Program-made: the position numbers and the translations under genes
Assembly: GCA_024626585.2 (NCBI GenBank)
Contig: JANKJI020000002.1
Span: 96,503,376-96,533,066 of the forward strand
Length of the DNA: 29,691 nt
Reading direction: 5' to 3'
Source of the DNA: Ginkgo biloba
Taxonomy: Eukaryota; Plantae; Ginkgophyta
Notes under the pieces: model-generated
Told to the model about the DNA's origin: nothing
Databases searched by the model: none
The model's input: the letters and a program-made list of their open reading frames with translations, nothing else
In this document: positions 1-11,704 of the stretch, one piece after another
Numbering within the stretch: position 1 is the stretch's first letter
Layout of the letters: every line of letters starts with the position of its first letter

Positions 1-212
1 TTTTTAACTTTCTGTGAATGTAAACCTTTGTGCTATACTTGCAATTGAAGAAGTTCTAATCTGAACATACAGAGGCTTTTCATGATATTATGTTTCATTT
101 GAATTTTCTACAGAGAAATTAGTATAATCATTATATCTTGTGTGGGTTCCTTCTAGAAATGTGGACCTTTTGTTTACAAGATTTACAATGCTTGGGCTGT
201 CTTCTTTATTAG

Positions 213-353
213 GTTGGGGAGGCCGCATTGTCAGTTTTACACAGCATGGTTTCTGTTCATTCTGATCTAGATGATGCTGGAGAGATTGTAACTCCCACCC
301 CCAGAGTGAAGCGGATCTTGTCAAGTACACGCTGCCTTCCACATGTAGCACAG
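213..353 (+). CDS. GRV2: RME-8/DNAJC13 (GRV2/KAM2) internal exon 1 in window; missed by ORF track
   Basis: ttattag|GTT...GCACAG|gtgcaa; 47 codons VGEAALSVLHSMVSVHSDLDDAGEIVTPTPRVKRILSSTRCLPHVAQ, matching plant GRV2 immediately upstream of ALL.GEP; phase 0/0. Confidence 0.93.
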
Positions 354-740
354 GTGCAATCATGAAGCTTGCTGATTTTTTGAAACATATGAATGTTATA
401 ATTGGATTTTTGACCACTGTTTGCATGTGTGTTTGTATATTCTATGTTTGCATCCAATTTGGAGTGTTGATTGCTGAGCTTATTTGATATAGTTATTTCA
501 TATGCATTATCGTATGTGGATTTCTTGTGTGAGATTTATGTGGCAGTTATGACAAATCTCAGCGGCAGAGCAATAGTTATGCTAAGTTAGATGTGTTAGC
601 TATTTGCTTGGAAGGTAAGCAGAATGTAGCATGGGACGAACAATGTATGTAGGAAGTCCATTTTACNNNNNNNNNNTGTTATTACAGAAGGTTGATACCT
701 TGAAGAATGGTGATGACTCATAGAGACTAAATAATGAGAG

Positions 741-875
741 AGCATTAGTGATGGTTGCTTATGGGAGTGGAAGTTCGAGAAAAACATACCAAATGTTTTG
801 AAGTTGCAGCAGAACCACTGGTATCTTTGTCGATGCAAAAGGGGAAACTACCTGAAGTCTGTCTATTTGACGGAG
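741..875 (+). repeat. Diverged direct repeat, copy 1 (copy 2 at 3289-3425)
   Basis: agcattagtgatggttgctt...gaaaaacatacca...gatgcaaaaggggaaactacctgaagtctgtctatttgacggag aligns by eye with 3289-3425. Confidence 0.85.
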
Positions 876-1486
876 TCACGAGACCCAACCTTTTCATGTT
901 TAGTAATTTGCTGCAAGAACTGTGGCAGTTATGAGAATTTATGGTGGCGAACAGGGGCACACCAGGTGGCCACGAAGGGGTTTGAGAGAGTAGGGGAAGG
1001 ACCGACAAGGGTGCAAGGCACCATGGGGTTCATAGGGGGTTGTAGGCACCATGGGAGGGCCTGCATAGGCCATAGGACCTCCACGGGGGTCACACGACCC
1101 AGAGAGACCACTACAAGGGCCAAGGGGGGAACAGGAGGCCTGTACAAGATGCAAGAGGCTGCATAGAGCATAAAAAGGGCAGTTAGCAGCACAGGGCCAA
1201 TGGTCCACATGAAATACACTAAGAACTAAAAGGGGGAGGGGAAATGGATGGTCCCTAGGTCTAAAAATGAAGAAAAATAACTCTTAAAGGAGAATACACA
1301 CGGTTAATCAGTCATAGGGAAATTTACAAGTTCGTTCACATAAGGATAGTAAAATTTCAACCATTAATCCATGTTACAAAATGAAANNNNNNNNNNNNNN
1401 NNNNNNNNNNNNNNNNNNNNNNNNNNNNNNNNNNNNNNNNNNNNNNNNNNNNNNNNNNNNNNNNNNNNNNNNNNNNNNNNNNNNNN

Positions 1487-3770
1487 CAATTTGTGAAGCG
1501 ATTTAAGGATGGCCAACCCTAGGTGAACAGGAAGAGGATCGCGGTCACCAAGGCACTGAGAGTGCCTTCCGATGGCCAACAAGCGATGCAAGAGAAAGGG
1601 CACCTATCTAAATTCCAAAACTTGGTTATCAAGGTGGAAGGAAGGAAGAGTTAGAAGGGGTAAAAGGAGGACTCCTAAGAACTAAGCTTCTAGACGCATG
1701 GAAAGGAATGGCAATGGTAATTGGTNNNNNNNNNNNNNNNNNNNNNNTTAGCATTTGACAAATTTGTTTGCCCCAACATTGCGGATATTGGCGGCCATCA
1801 AGTATCGGGAGAAGGTGGATTTTGCAGATTTTAAATTGAAGCAGGTCGAAAGAAATATCATCTTCTGGTAGGAAGGGAAGGAACATGAAATCAATTATCC
1901 AGGCATCCTTCAACTAATCATCAATCAAGCTCTTAGGGGAGAAAAGAAGAAAGAGTTTCTTGAAGAATCCCTAAGGACTGTAGCAGAGACTCTATTAGAT
2001 GTGGCTGAGGGATCGAAAGAAGATGAGAAGAGAGGGAAGAAAAGAAAAGCAAAGATGTTGGCGAGAGGTCAATAGAAGAGGAAGAAACCGGCAAAATTTC
2101 TCCAACAAGTTCCTCCTTAAGTACACAAAAACAAACTGAAGGAGAAATATAAGAAGTCCAAACTCCAGTGCAAAGAATTAATGGAGTAGCTGGAGGCTCA
2201 AGAATTGGATATGGAGAAATGCATGCTGAATTTGCAACCACCTTGGAGGAGAAGAAAATTGAGATTGCCCTGTTGTGGACTAAAAACACCTTAAAGGAAT
2301 ATGGATTGGCATCACCAATTCGAGATTCAATAAGAAGCCCGTGGATTGGAGAAGAAGAAGGTAAACCCCCATCTCCTGACCTTTTACATGACATTCATGA
2401 TTCTTTTTCAATTCCCAAGATATCTAAGAGATAAGAGGACCCTTTTGGTCCAAAGGAAGACAGAGTCGTGGAAATTGGAAATCTTAGAGTTAAATTGGAG
2501 GAATGTCGAACTGGTTTTGAGCAACAGTTAACTTTAAAGGAAAAAGAAATTTGGTTGTTATATGATAATTTTTTTGTTATGGAGGAAAAGTTGAAGATCG
2601 AAGAATAGAGAGGCGAGGATTAGATTTAGATTTTGAGTCAAGCTAAATCAAGAATCCAAGGTTTAGAGCAGAGAATGAAAGAGTCTAAAGAAGATATTCT
2701 AATTCATACTGAGAAGGAATTCAAGGTAGGAATTGGAAATACATTAGATATTATTGATTCTTTTGAAAAGACGTTAACTCTAGAAGTCCCATCCAAAGAA
2801 CAAGTGGAGAACCAACTTTGGGAAAATTAGAGGCTAATTAAGGTGTTGAAAGGGCATTTGAAAGTGGAAAAGGACCACAGTAGCAAGATTGAAGAAAAAT
2901 TAAAAGATTATAAGGGGCGATTAAATACAACAAAGGATTCCATTAGCAAAATGGTTGGAGAAAGAGAAAAGTGGCAAGAAGGATTAGATGAATCAACCCT
3001 AATTTTTCAAGAAAGAATAAAGGAGTTAAAAGCTAAGCTACCCATAGAGGCAGAACTAGTGGCACAACTTCCTGTGGACTTGTCAGACCCAAGGAGTGAT
3101 ATGAGAAACCTGAGAGTTAGGCTCAGGCAAACAGAGGATTGCCTAAACAAGGTAGTTGAATTGGGTTTCTAGTTGGCCGACTGTAGGGCTCCCAGTTGCA
3201 TCTATGCCATGATATTTCGAGAGACGCTACTTTGATTTCAACTTAAGACTATGTTGCAAGAGTATGCATTCCTGCAAAATGATGATGAAGCATTAGTGAC
3301 GGTTGCTTGTGTGAGTGCAAGTTAGAGAAAAACATACCAAGTGTTTTAAATCTGCACACGCAATCACCAGCATTTGTTGTTGATGCAAAAGGGAAAGCTA
3401 CCTGAAGACTGTTTATTTGATGGAGAATGGATTGATTCTTTTGTTGTTGATGTATTTGTTAACCCGTATCCAGCTGAAAAATATACTGGCCTCCAAGAAT
3501 ATCGAACCCACTGGAAAAAAAGACCAACCAGAGGTGGTCATCAAGAAAGTAATGAACATCTTACAGAAGGATTTGGGTGAAGTCAGAAGTTGATTGGGTC
3601 CACAAAGAAATATTGAAAGAAAGAAAGGCATGCGTCAGGTGCAGCCCAGAGACTCGAAGTAGATTCAAGGACAAAGAAAAGAATCTTTATAAAGAAGAGT
3701 CACTAGGGGAATCAATGAAATACTGCGCAGATATAGGGAAGGCTAAGAATAATGATGAACTTGCGTAGGC
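1487..3770 (+). pseudogene. Fossil retrotransposon accessory ORF: plant-transposon-protein-like N-terminus, charged linker, coiled coil, C-terminal module
   Basis: ORF-track pieces starting at 2168, 2633, 2843 and 3374 share one frame. Upstream reads QFVKRFKDGQP*VNRKRIAVT..ALRVPSDG..GLLRTKLLDAWKGMAMVI..LFAPTLRILAAIKYREKVDFADF..YPGILQLII, resembling extra ORFs of plant LTR elements. Confidence 0.6.
3289..3425 (+). repeat. Diverged direct repeat, copy 2 (copy 1 at 741-875)
   Basis: agcattagtgacggttgctt...gaaaaacatacca...gatgcaaaagggaaagctacctgaagactgtttatttgatggag. Confidence 0.85.
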
Positions 3771-4189
3771 TAAGTAATGGGACCAACATCACCTTGTGAG
3801 GGAATTGCGAGGAAAAGTAGGCAGTTACTCCAGAAATGTGCTGGGAGTGAAAAGGTAGGAGTGTGAAAAATTGGGACCCAATAGTTCAATAGAGCTCATG
3901 GAACTACTAAAACAACCTAAAAATGGAAGAGAGTGCATGCAATTCCTCAAGAACATTCATTGAATCTCAGCTAAGCAGTGCCATGAGGGCAGAAAGGCAT
4001 CACAGTTCTATTAAGGAATGAATTGACTCAAGATGTTGCACTAGAGAAATATAGAGTCCGAGGAAGAGGCATGTGAATCCAAGGAGGGAGTACATATTTG
4101 TGCCTTATAATGAATTAAATGAAGATCAAAAAATCATACTAGGAATAACAAAATGCCGAGACTATAAAATTGGATAGAAGTTGCCTGAT

Positions 4190-4530
4190 CGAACAACACC
4201 ACAATGCTATTCTCCAGGTGAAAGCCTAGGTATGTTGTTTCTTGCAACTCTACTGCTCTATGCCAGCAATTCAAATGTTTCTCTTGTGGCAAGCACNNNN
4301 NNNNNNAAATGTATGCCAAAATAAGACACTGCACGGTTCCTTGGGCACGGTCACAAAGAAAGCAACATTAATACAGCTGTCACATCCATCCATGGGAGGC
4401 CTGATGGTCAAGTAATCATAGTAATGTGAGTGTGACTTCAGATATGCTAGACTATATAATATTGATAGGAGGAACCCAAGAAATTGTCTTCCAGGGCATT
4501 TCTACTGAGAACGACTTATATGCAAGATTT
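4190..4530 (-). mobile_element. LINE (non-LTR) ORF2 C-terminal zf-RVT remnant
   Basis: Minus strand reads WKTISWVPP...LL*LLDHQA...CCFLCDRAQGTVQCL, then AFTWRIALW; resembles the W..PK...FLW...H...C.LC...ET..HL zinc finger. Confidence 0.45.
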
Positions 4531-5353
4531 TACAGGAGAAACCTAAATGATACTCCTACATTACACCCTTCATCTGCATTAAGTTTTGCCTTCAAAAGAA
4601 ACTGTTCTAACTATAAAAGAAGAGGCTGAAGAAGGTATATAGTCTTGAACCCATTCTTTTCCATTGATCTGAGAGGTGACCCACTACCCCATGCAATCCA
4701 ATCAAAGTAATTTTCATCATGGAAATGACAGTTTTTACATCTTTAGGCACAGGTAAGTTATATGTGCCAATAACATTACAAAGATGTGGCACAGCCCATG
4801 ATGGACTTGAAAAGGTTAATTGGATGTTCTGTAAAATTATTTTGACATAATCACTTCCTTTTTCGCTATAAAAATACTGTGTGAACTATCTTATAATGGG
4901 AAAGATTCAAAATAAATGCTGGGAGAGAGAGAAGAAATATTTATGGCCACAAATGACCAGAATCCGTCAATGGGAGTGATGAGTACATCCAGATTGAAAC
5001 AGCATGGGTAAGTGCAAAGGCATCTCTGACCTAATCTATCTCTAAAAGAAGAAAGTGAAATAGGCTAACATAAAGTAAAATACATAGAATGTAGCTATAA
5101 TGAACAAGATCAAAGGAAGTATAGACCTATAGGGATAGATGAGTTGGTGAAAAATTCTTCTACCCATAAAGTGAAAAATGGAATTGCAATACCATGTCTG
5201 GATGAGCTGATGGAAAGCAGTCTGGTTAGTGTCATAATCTATCTCCTCTGCGTATCAGCAAATACTATGAAATCACCCATGACTTGCTAAATGATGTCTT
5301 CTTATGGAAGAGTCACCAAGAACATGTGGTTTAGCAAGTGCTTATTATATGCT

Positions 5354-7471
5354 TGTCCACAAAGTGCTCTCTCTCCTATTTTTCAAGGTCAAAGCTCTCT
5401 CCTAGCTTCTGGAAAGTGCATTTGAAGTTAGCCTTAAAATCAGCTTTCTTTTTTAGCCATCTTGGTAGTGTTTTGCAAAAAGCGGAAGTTTTGGCGAAAT
5501 ATTTGGCAAAATTTTGGAAGGTGTTTGCATATTCTAAAAGTAGACATCAAAGTATGTAGTTTTTAAAAAACAATTGAGTCATTTTGGGTTTCGTATACCC
5601 TTGGAAAGCTCAACACAGTTCAACTAGAGTTTTAAGCTTGTTTTTGAGATGGCAACTATAATTGCAAAATTTGAGGCACGAAACTTGCGAATGTTTGCAA
5701 TTTAGTTTTTTCAGATTTGGGAAGTTCAAATTATTTTACCCAAAATCCATATAAGAAGCATCAAAATTGGCCACCGTATGACATCAGAATCATTTTTGGA
5801 AGATAGTGCAGTTTTTTAGCCAAATTTAGGGTTTTTACTAGTGTGCAACAGAAATAGAGGTAATTTCACAAAACGTTCAGTAAATTTGAGCTCAATTGGA
5901 CTTAGAAGGCTTTTGTGGCACTACAATCAAGTTGCATTGTTATTTAAGGCTTAATTTTAGGGCTAAATTGAAAATAGCTGAAACTTTGAACATAGCCAAC
6001 AAAGTTTCCCCGCATATTTTTGCATATTCAGATTTTTCAAATTTTGTTGAACAATTTTCATATAAAAACTTCAAAAATTTTGAGTGTTGGAAGATAGGCC
6101 CTTAATCGAAGCTTACAAGAGCAAGTGTAGAAATGGCACATTTGAGTCTAGCACAAATGATGTTCTTGGGACAAAAAAAAAGTGGAAGAAATAGAAAAGG
6201 CACTGTGGGAAAAAATAAAGGCACTAGAGGAGAAGGAAAAGGCGTAAGGGGAAAGAATGAACATTATGTTAAGGGAAATTGAAGAAGAATTTTGAAGTTT
6301 TTTTTGCAAGGAAAAATTAAAAGAAGAAGTACAAGACAATGATAAGGAAGAAAAAGATGATGGGAACAACAAAAAGAAGAAGATTATCGTAATGAAGAAG
6401 ATATTGTAGTTAATGAACATAAAGAAGATGAAGAAGTACAAAAACATGATGAAGAAACTATAAATGGACTAGTCGAACTAGACATGCATATGATGAAGGA
6501 TGNNNNNNNNNNNNNNNNNNNNNNNNNNNNNNNNNCTCTTGAAGTTTGTATAATATCAAGGTTTTCAACACCAAATAAACTAATGGCACATGTCACATCA
6601 CATCGAAAGAAGGCCAAAGTCGAAGACAATGATAAAATGCAATTTAAGCACTCAAATCAAGTACAAAGAACGAAGGACAAGCATGTGCAAGATTTTCATA
6701 GCAATGCCTTATCCACTATGAAAGAAGAACCAAGATCCAAGCAAGCAAAACCATATAGACATCCATTTTATCNNNNNNNNNNNNNNNNNNNNNNNNNNNN
6801 NNNNNNATTAGAACATCGTTCCAACACGATCAAGAGAGCGAAACTTATGAAGAGCTCAAAATGGAAGAAACCAATTGAAGAAGAATGACGACAAAACAAG
6901 ATGATGCAAGCATAAGCAAATTGATGCTTTGGGGCAAAGAATTTTAGGAAGGGGTGGAATGTAGTGATCCCAAAGGAAGATTCATGGATCCCAAGAGGAG
7001 GGGGCCTATAGATGCGGNNNNNNNNNNNNNNNNNNNNNNNNNNNNNNNNNNNNNNNNNNNNNNNNATGTTATGCCCCTGAAATAATATATATGATTATAA
7101 TTTATGATTGATTATATTAATTATGTAATAGAAAAGTGGTAAGTCCATGTTTCTAAGAGTAACCACAATTAGGTGCTAAGTAGACATAGGCTAGAGTTCA
7201 GGCTAAGGAGGCCCATTTTGAACATATAAAGGGCACTCAAGCCTCATTTGTAACATATACTTGTGTGATTTGTTATATTTTGTGGAGCATTTTGCTCATT
7301 AGTGACCTTTGGACTTGAGTGTGTCTCTTGAGACATTGTGATCTATTTGGCTTTTTACCATGGCTTACTCAGCATATGGCGCGAGATTCATGTGTATGTT
7401 ATTGTAAGTTTGTGGTTTACATTCATTTATATGAATTTTGAGTAGCATAACCCATATGGGTAGGTATTGCA
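5354..7471 (+). mobile_element. Degenerate non-autonomous LTR-retrotransposon remnant with E/K/D-rich decayed ORF, PPT and 3' LTR
   Basis: E/K/D-rich fossil frame at about 6170-6890; purine tract aggaaggggtggaa (6946-6959) directly followed by TGTAGTGATCCC; TATAAAGGG at about 7226; candidate end ...gtattgCA at 7471. Boundaries approximate. Confidence 0.5.
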
Positions 7472-8239
7472 ATGCTGCGATAAGCCATTCAATTTTGAGA
7501 GGAACCTACTCTCTAATGGATATTGGAGTGCCTCTTTACCCTCCTTATGTGTATATCTGATGGGAGCGGCTGGGGAAGAAAGCAAGACACCTGTCCAATT
7601 TCTAGTGATTTCAGGATGTTGGCTAGTTCTATTTCAGAGACAATAATTTTATTTTCACTAGAGATTCAGAGCATTTGTCATATTGTGATGCCAATGGTCA
7701 TATCATGATTTCCTGATGGTCCAATCTGCTATTTTAAAGAGAAGAAAAGGCTTGTTTTTGGCACTAAATATTGAAGCATATAAGGGCCCCATGTTAGAGC
7801 TGTCCTTCTGAACAAGGAGGTAACTACATAGCGATGAAATTAGTCAGGCCAAGCCTTGGCTAGAGTACTTGTCATCCTTAGTTGTGTAAGTTTAAATTTT
7901 CAATTTTGTTCTCCTTGTTGCATTTACAAGGTTCTTTTGGTCCTAAATAAATATATTTTCTGCATTTCTGAACAATTCATTGAGTTATGGATTTTGAATC
8001 TATATTGTTATCTTTGCATTGCTCACTTTCACAGTGGTAGATGCATTTGTTCATGCAAGATAACTTAAGCTTATAATTAGTGTGAGGCTGGGTATGGACA
8101 TATCATGCAGATCTGTTAATAGGATCAATCTGAAATGGTAATATAATATTCTAATGTGAATGAAACATTGGACATGATGCATAATGTCATTATCTATTTG
8201 TTGGAACTCTCAGGCATTTGACAGCTTGTTGAAATGCAG

Positions 8240-8632
8240 GCTTTGTTAACAGGGGAACCAAGCCTTGTGGAGGGTGCTGCTGCTTTGCTGAAGGCAATTG
8301 TTACTCGAAATCCCAAGGCAATGGTTCGACTCTATAACACGGGTGCTTTCTACTTTGCATTAGCATATGCTGGATCCAACCTTTACTCAATTGCAAGTCT
8401 ATTTGCTCTAACACATGGTCATCAAGCCTTCCATGGTGGAGAAGAAGCTGCAGTGTCATCCTCCTTGCCTTTGGCAAAGCGCAGTGTATTGGGAGGACTG
8501 CTGCCCGAGTCCTTGTTGTACGTGCTTGAACGGAGTGGTCCAGCTTCATTTGCAGCTGCCATGGTTGCTGATTCTGATACTCCAGAGATAATCTGGACCC
8601 ACAAGATGCGGGCAGAACGTTTAATTGATCAG
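8240..8632 (+). CDS. GRV2: GRV2/RME-8 exon 2 (contains IW[T] repeat motif)
   Basis: atgcag|GCT...GATCAG|gtattt; 131 codons ALLTGEPSLVEGAAALLKAIVTRNPKAMVRLYNTGAFYFALAY...DSDTPEIIWTHKMRAERLIDQ. Confidence 0.96.
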
Positions 8633-9639
8633 GTATTTTGGCATTTGTATTGCTCTCTGTAGACTGCCTTTTCATTTGTGCTGGATTATATCATGTTTCA
8701 ATCACTGTCATTAAAGAGATATTGTTGACAACGGAGTGTTTTGTGTCATGCTAAAAAGCCCACATCCTGGAAAAGCATCACTATGGTAAAAGAAAATAAT
8801 CATCCCTATCATTCTTGATGAGTCTCAGGGCAATGGCTTATGATGGGACTTTCTTTTGGGTTGGATTTCATTCTTTCCTAACTTCCATTCAATACAAATT
8901 CAGGAAGATGTTTAGAGAGGCTGTACATTTTCAGTCCGATCCCATCCAATTATAACCTGATTAACTGGCTTAATTCATTGAGTCTGAATTATTCTTAATA
9001 AGATAGTATTTACCTTTAACATTAGACAAATAGTTTACATATTTTATCCTACTAACATCTCAAGACCCAAATTGGTAATTTCATAATAGTTTGAATTATT
9101 TTTAAAGGTAAGCTGTCTTTATGAAGCTTCTTAGAGCATGGTTACCCTGTATTAACTTCGTATTTAGATTTCACTTTTATTATAGTCTTCCTTTCAAAGT
9201 TCGTACTTATGCACTTTTAATTGTGGTACAGTCTAAAGGACATGATATCTACTGAACTGGATAATGGATTCAAAGGTCTGTAGAAGTGATATTGCCCAAA
9301 CATTGTGCCTGAGAAAATGATTGTGTCAAGTGTTTTGGGTTCGTAGTAAATGTATGATGAATGGCCTTTTGTTTTCAGAAGGAACAGGTCAGTGTAAATG
9401 CAGAACCTGTATTTACAAAGTTCTTCCTTTATAAAATCACAACATGGGGGAAGAGAAACAACTTCTGCTCCAGGATGCTGGAGACAATGCTAGTGAAAAA
9501 TAAGCTTCTGCCAGTGTGATTTGTGATATCCCTTTTTAGTGAAACACTTGGTTTGGGTATGAAGAACCTCTATTTGTCACATTTTTGCTTTATTAAAGAA
9601 GAGCATTCTAATTAAAAAAGAGCATCTTTTGCTGTACTC

Positions 9640-10220
9640 TAGTGGAGACCATAGTAGCAAAAATGGTTCATCTTTTCTAATATGTTGTCTTGATAATTTC
9701 TTAGAACTGTAGCGTAATCACCATGCTTCTGTCATTCTTCACAGTCATTCATTGTGCACAAATCCTCAATCCATTTCTTTTTTAATTTTGGAGCCATCAT
9801 CGTTCGAGCAACCTCCTCCCTGTCATTTGGAAGGGCCAATAGACGTGAGAAGTCGACTGTTTCATAAGATATTTGTACTCTCCGAATCCATGACACCTTG
9901 GCCTCTCCCATCATAGCTCTTAGCTAACTGTTTTAACGCTTCTGGAATTTTACCAAGATATGGAATCATTATGCTTTGGCATACTCCTGCATCTTTCAAT
10001 ATTTTTCTTGTAGCGCTATCCTACAAGTGGTTCCACCATTCACGAAGTTTTAGAGAGTCCACTAAATACCATGTAGTATGGTTTTCCATTGGTGGGCCCC
10101 CCGTTGGTTCTCGAAGGTTGATCTTTGAACCCTTGACTAGATTTCTCTTCTTAGAAGAGGATTCAACTACCTGCTTTCACTCGTAGTGACTTTTGGCTTG
10201 TATTTTCCTCAATGTGCCAT
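9640..10220 (-). pseudogene. Fossil antisense TE accessory-type ORF
   Basis: About 190 codons with few stops and one frameshift: ...WYLVDSLKLREWWNHL*DSATRKILKDAGVCQSIMIPYLGKIPEALKQLAKSYD/ISYETVDFSRLLALP...KKWIEDLC. Confidence 0.45.
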
Positions 10221-11704
10221 ATTTCTAGAGAAAGATTGAATTGAAAACTTTGAAAAATTAACAAAGAAAATCACTTGTGGAATGTGAGGCCTCGAGCTGA
10301 AATAATCTTTGGAAACACTCTGGTGTCTTTGAATTCTCCAAAATCTCCTTTGAAACAATTATCAGAAGTTCTCCTTGCCATGTTGCTTTAGGGTAAATGG
10401 AGGAAAAGGCTCTTGGTTTCAAAGAGAGAGAAAAAGAAGTTAGTAACTCCCCAACTTTCTTTCTCCATGCATGTTTGCCACCCNNNNNNNNNNNNNNNNN
10501 NNNNNNNNNNNNNNNNNNNNNNNNNNNNNNNNNNNNNNNNNNNNNNNNNNNNNNNNNNNNNNNNNNNNNNNNNNNNNNNNNNNTGCAAGTTTCGGAACAT
10601 GCAGAAGAAGTTTGAGCGACATGCATGAAGTGGGCACACGCACAGTTGCTTTTCTTGGTTGCATGTAGGTACATGCATACGCATGCAAGTGCATGCATGA
10701 ACGTGCAAGTCAATTAAAGGCATTGGACTAATGGGCACATTCAGAACTAAGCATTGGAACTTGAGAAGGACAGTTCAGTGACGTACAAATCAGTTTGCAT
10801 GAGATGAAGAGAGAAAGTGCACACATGCCAATTAAAACGTTGGTCAAAGAGTCAAAGATTCCTCCAAGGTGGCGGCTTGAATATTCCTCTTTTATGATTC
10901 AGTTAAGTGGCATTTAATGCTAAGATAAAGTGTACTTAAGTTCAATTTTTAAAATGTGTCCAAATCTAAACATTCCGGTTTTAAATTAGGGTTATCTCCT
11001 TCTAACCTAGGCACCCAACCCTATGCTATTTATTAATGCTAGGTGTTGGAGTTTGTGCATTATTGATTCAAGCATTCATGTAGCATTGATTGTGAACGTT
11101 TATTGACTGCTCAAGTTTGGAGAAAGTTTTTAGTAGGTGGTGGCCTCCAAGACTAAATTCTTTCAGTGATATCTCCATGTTTATGTAATGGATTTTTAGC
11201 AGTAAAGTGTCCATGTGTTTGCAACAAGTTTGCCATTGTTTTGCAGTGATTCTATGCCATGTTTGCAAGTGTTTTTCATGAGATTTCAAAATGAACAGTT
11301 GGTTGTTCATGACTGTGTACAACCATCTTTAAAGTTGTCCTACATGGTTGTACTATCTGAATTTAATGCTAAGTGTTGGGGCATTAATGGTGCATAGAAA
11401 TCTGAGTTTTCTGTGGTGAAATCTGATTGCATATGTGGTTGTTATGATGACTGGTTAGGTCTGATATGTACTTTCCTTGATCAGTTTTCTAGTGCTAAAA
11501 GTGTGAGAGAACATGGTGAACATATGTCTGAAAGATGGCAGCATGTAGTGATGTTTAGAATCAAGTATTTCTAAAGTTATTCAAGCATATTTCTTCCATT
11601 GTGCATGCTTGAATATTCTCTCGATTTTTGTCCGAGTCTGGAAATGGATGATGTTTATGTTTTGCTTAAGTATTTTGAAATTAAGATGTGTATGACAACC
11701 CCAT

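Larger units (their letters stand above)
354..8239 (+). other. Long GT-AG intron (about 7.9 kb including Ns), TE-filled
   Basis: GT at 354, AG at 8238-8239; flanking exons join in frame (HVAQ|ALLT). Confidence 0.9.

Noticed and set aside
88-457. Minus-strand ORFs of 112 and 66 aa
   Set aside because: Antisense shadows of the GRV2 exon at 213-353.
1137-1185. CTRCKRLH as a gag zinc knuckle
   Set aside because: Spacing does not fit CX2CX4HX4C; better explained as the counterpart of ACVRC at about 3627.
5824-5836. tttagggtttt telomere-like motifs (also near 15790)
   Set aside because: Isolated single units, common in plant TEs; not an array.
6148-6447. Phe/Ser-rich 99-aa minus ORF, and similar ORFs at 20948-21403
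   Set aside because: Compositional artefacts of purine/pyrimidine-skewed DNA.
8301-8675. Minus-strand ORFs over exon 2 (likewise 19407-19607, 23810-24169, 27174-27374)
   Set aside because: Antisense to conserved exons; no independent homology.
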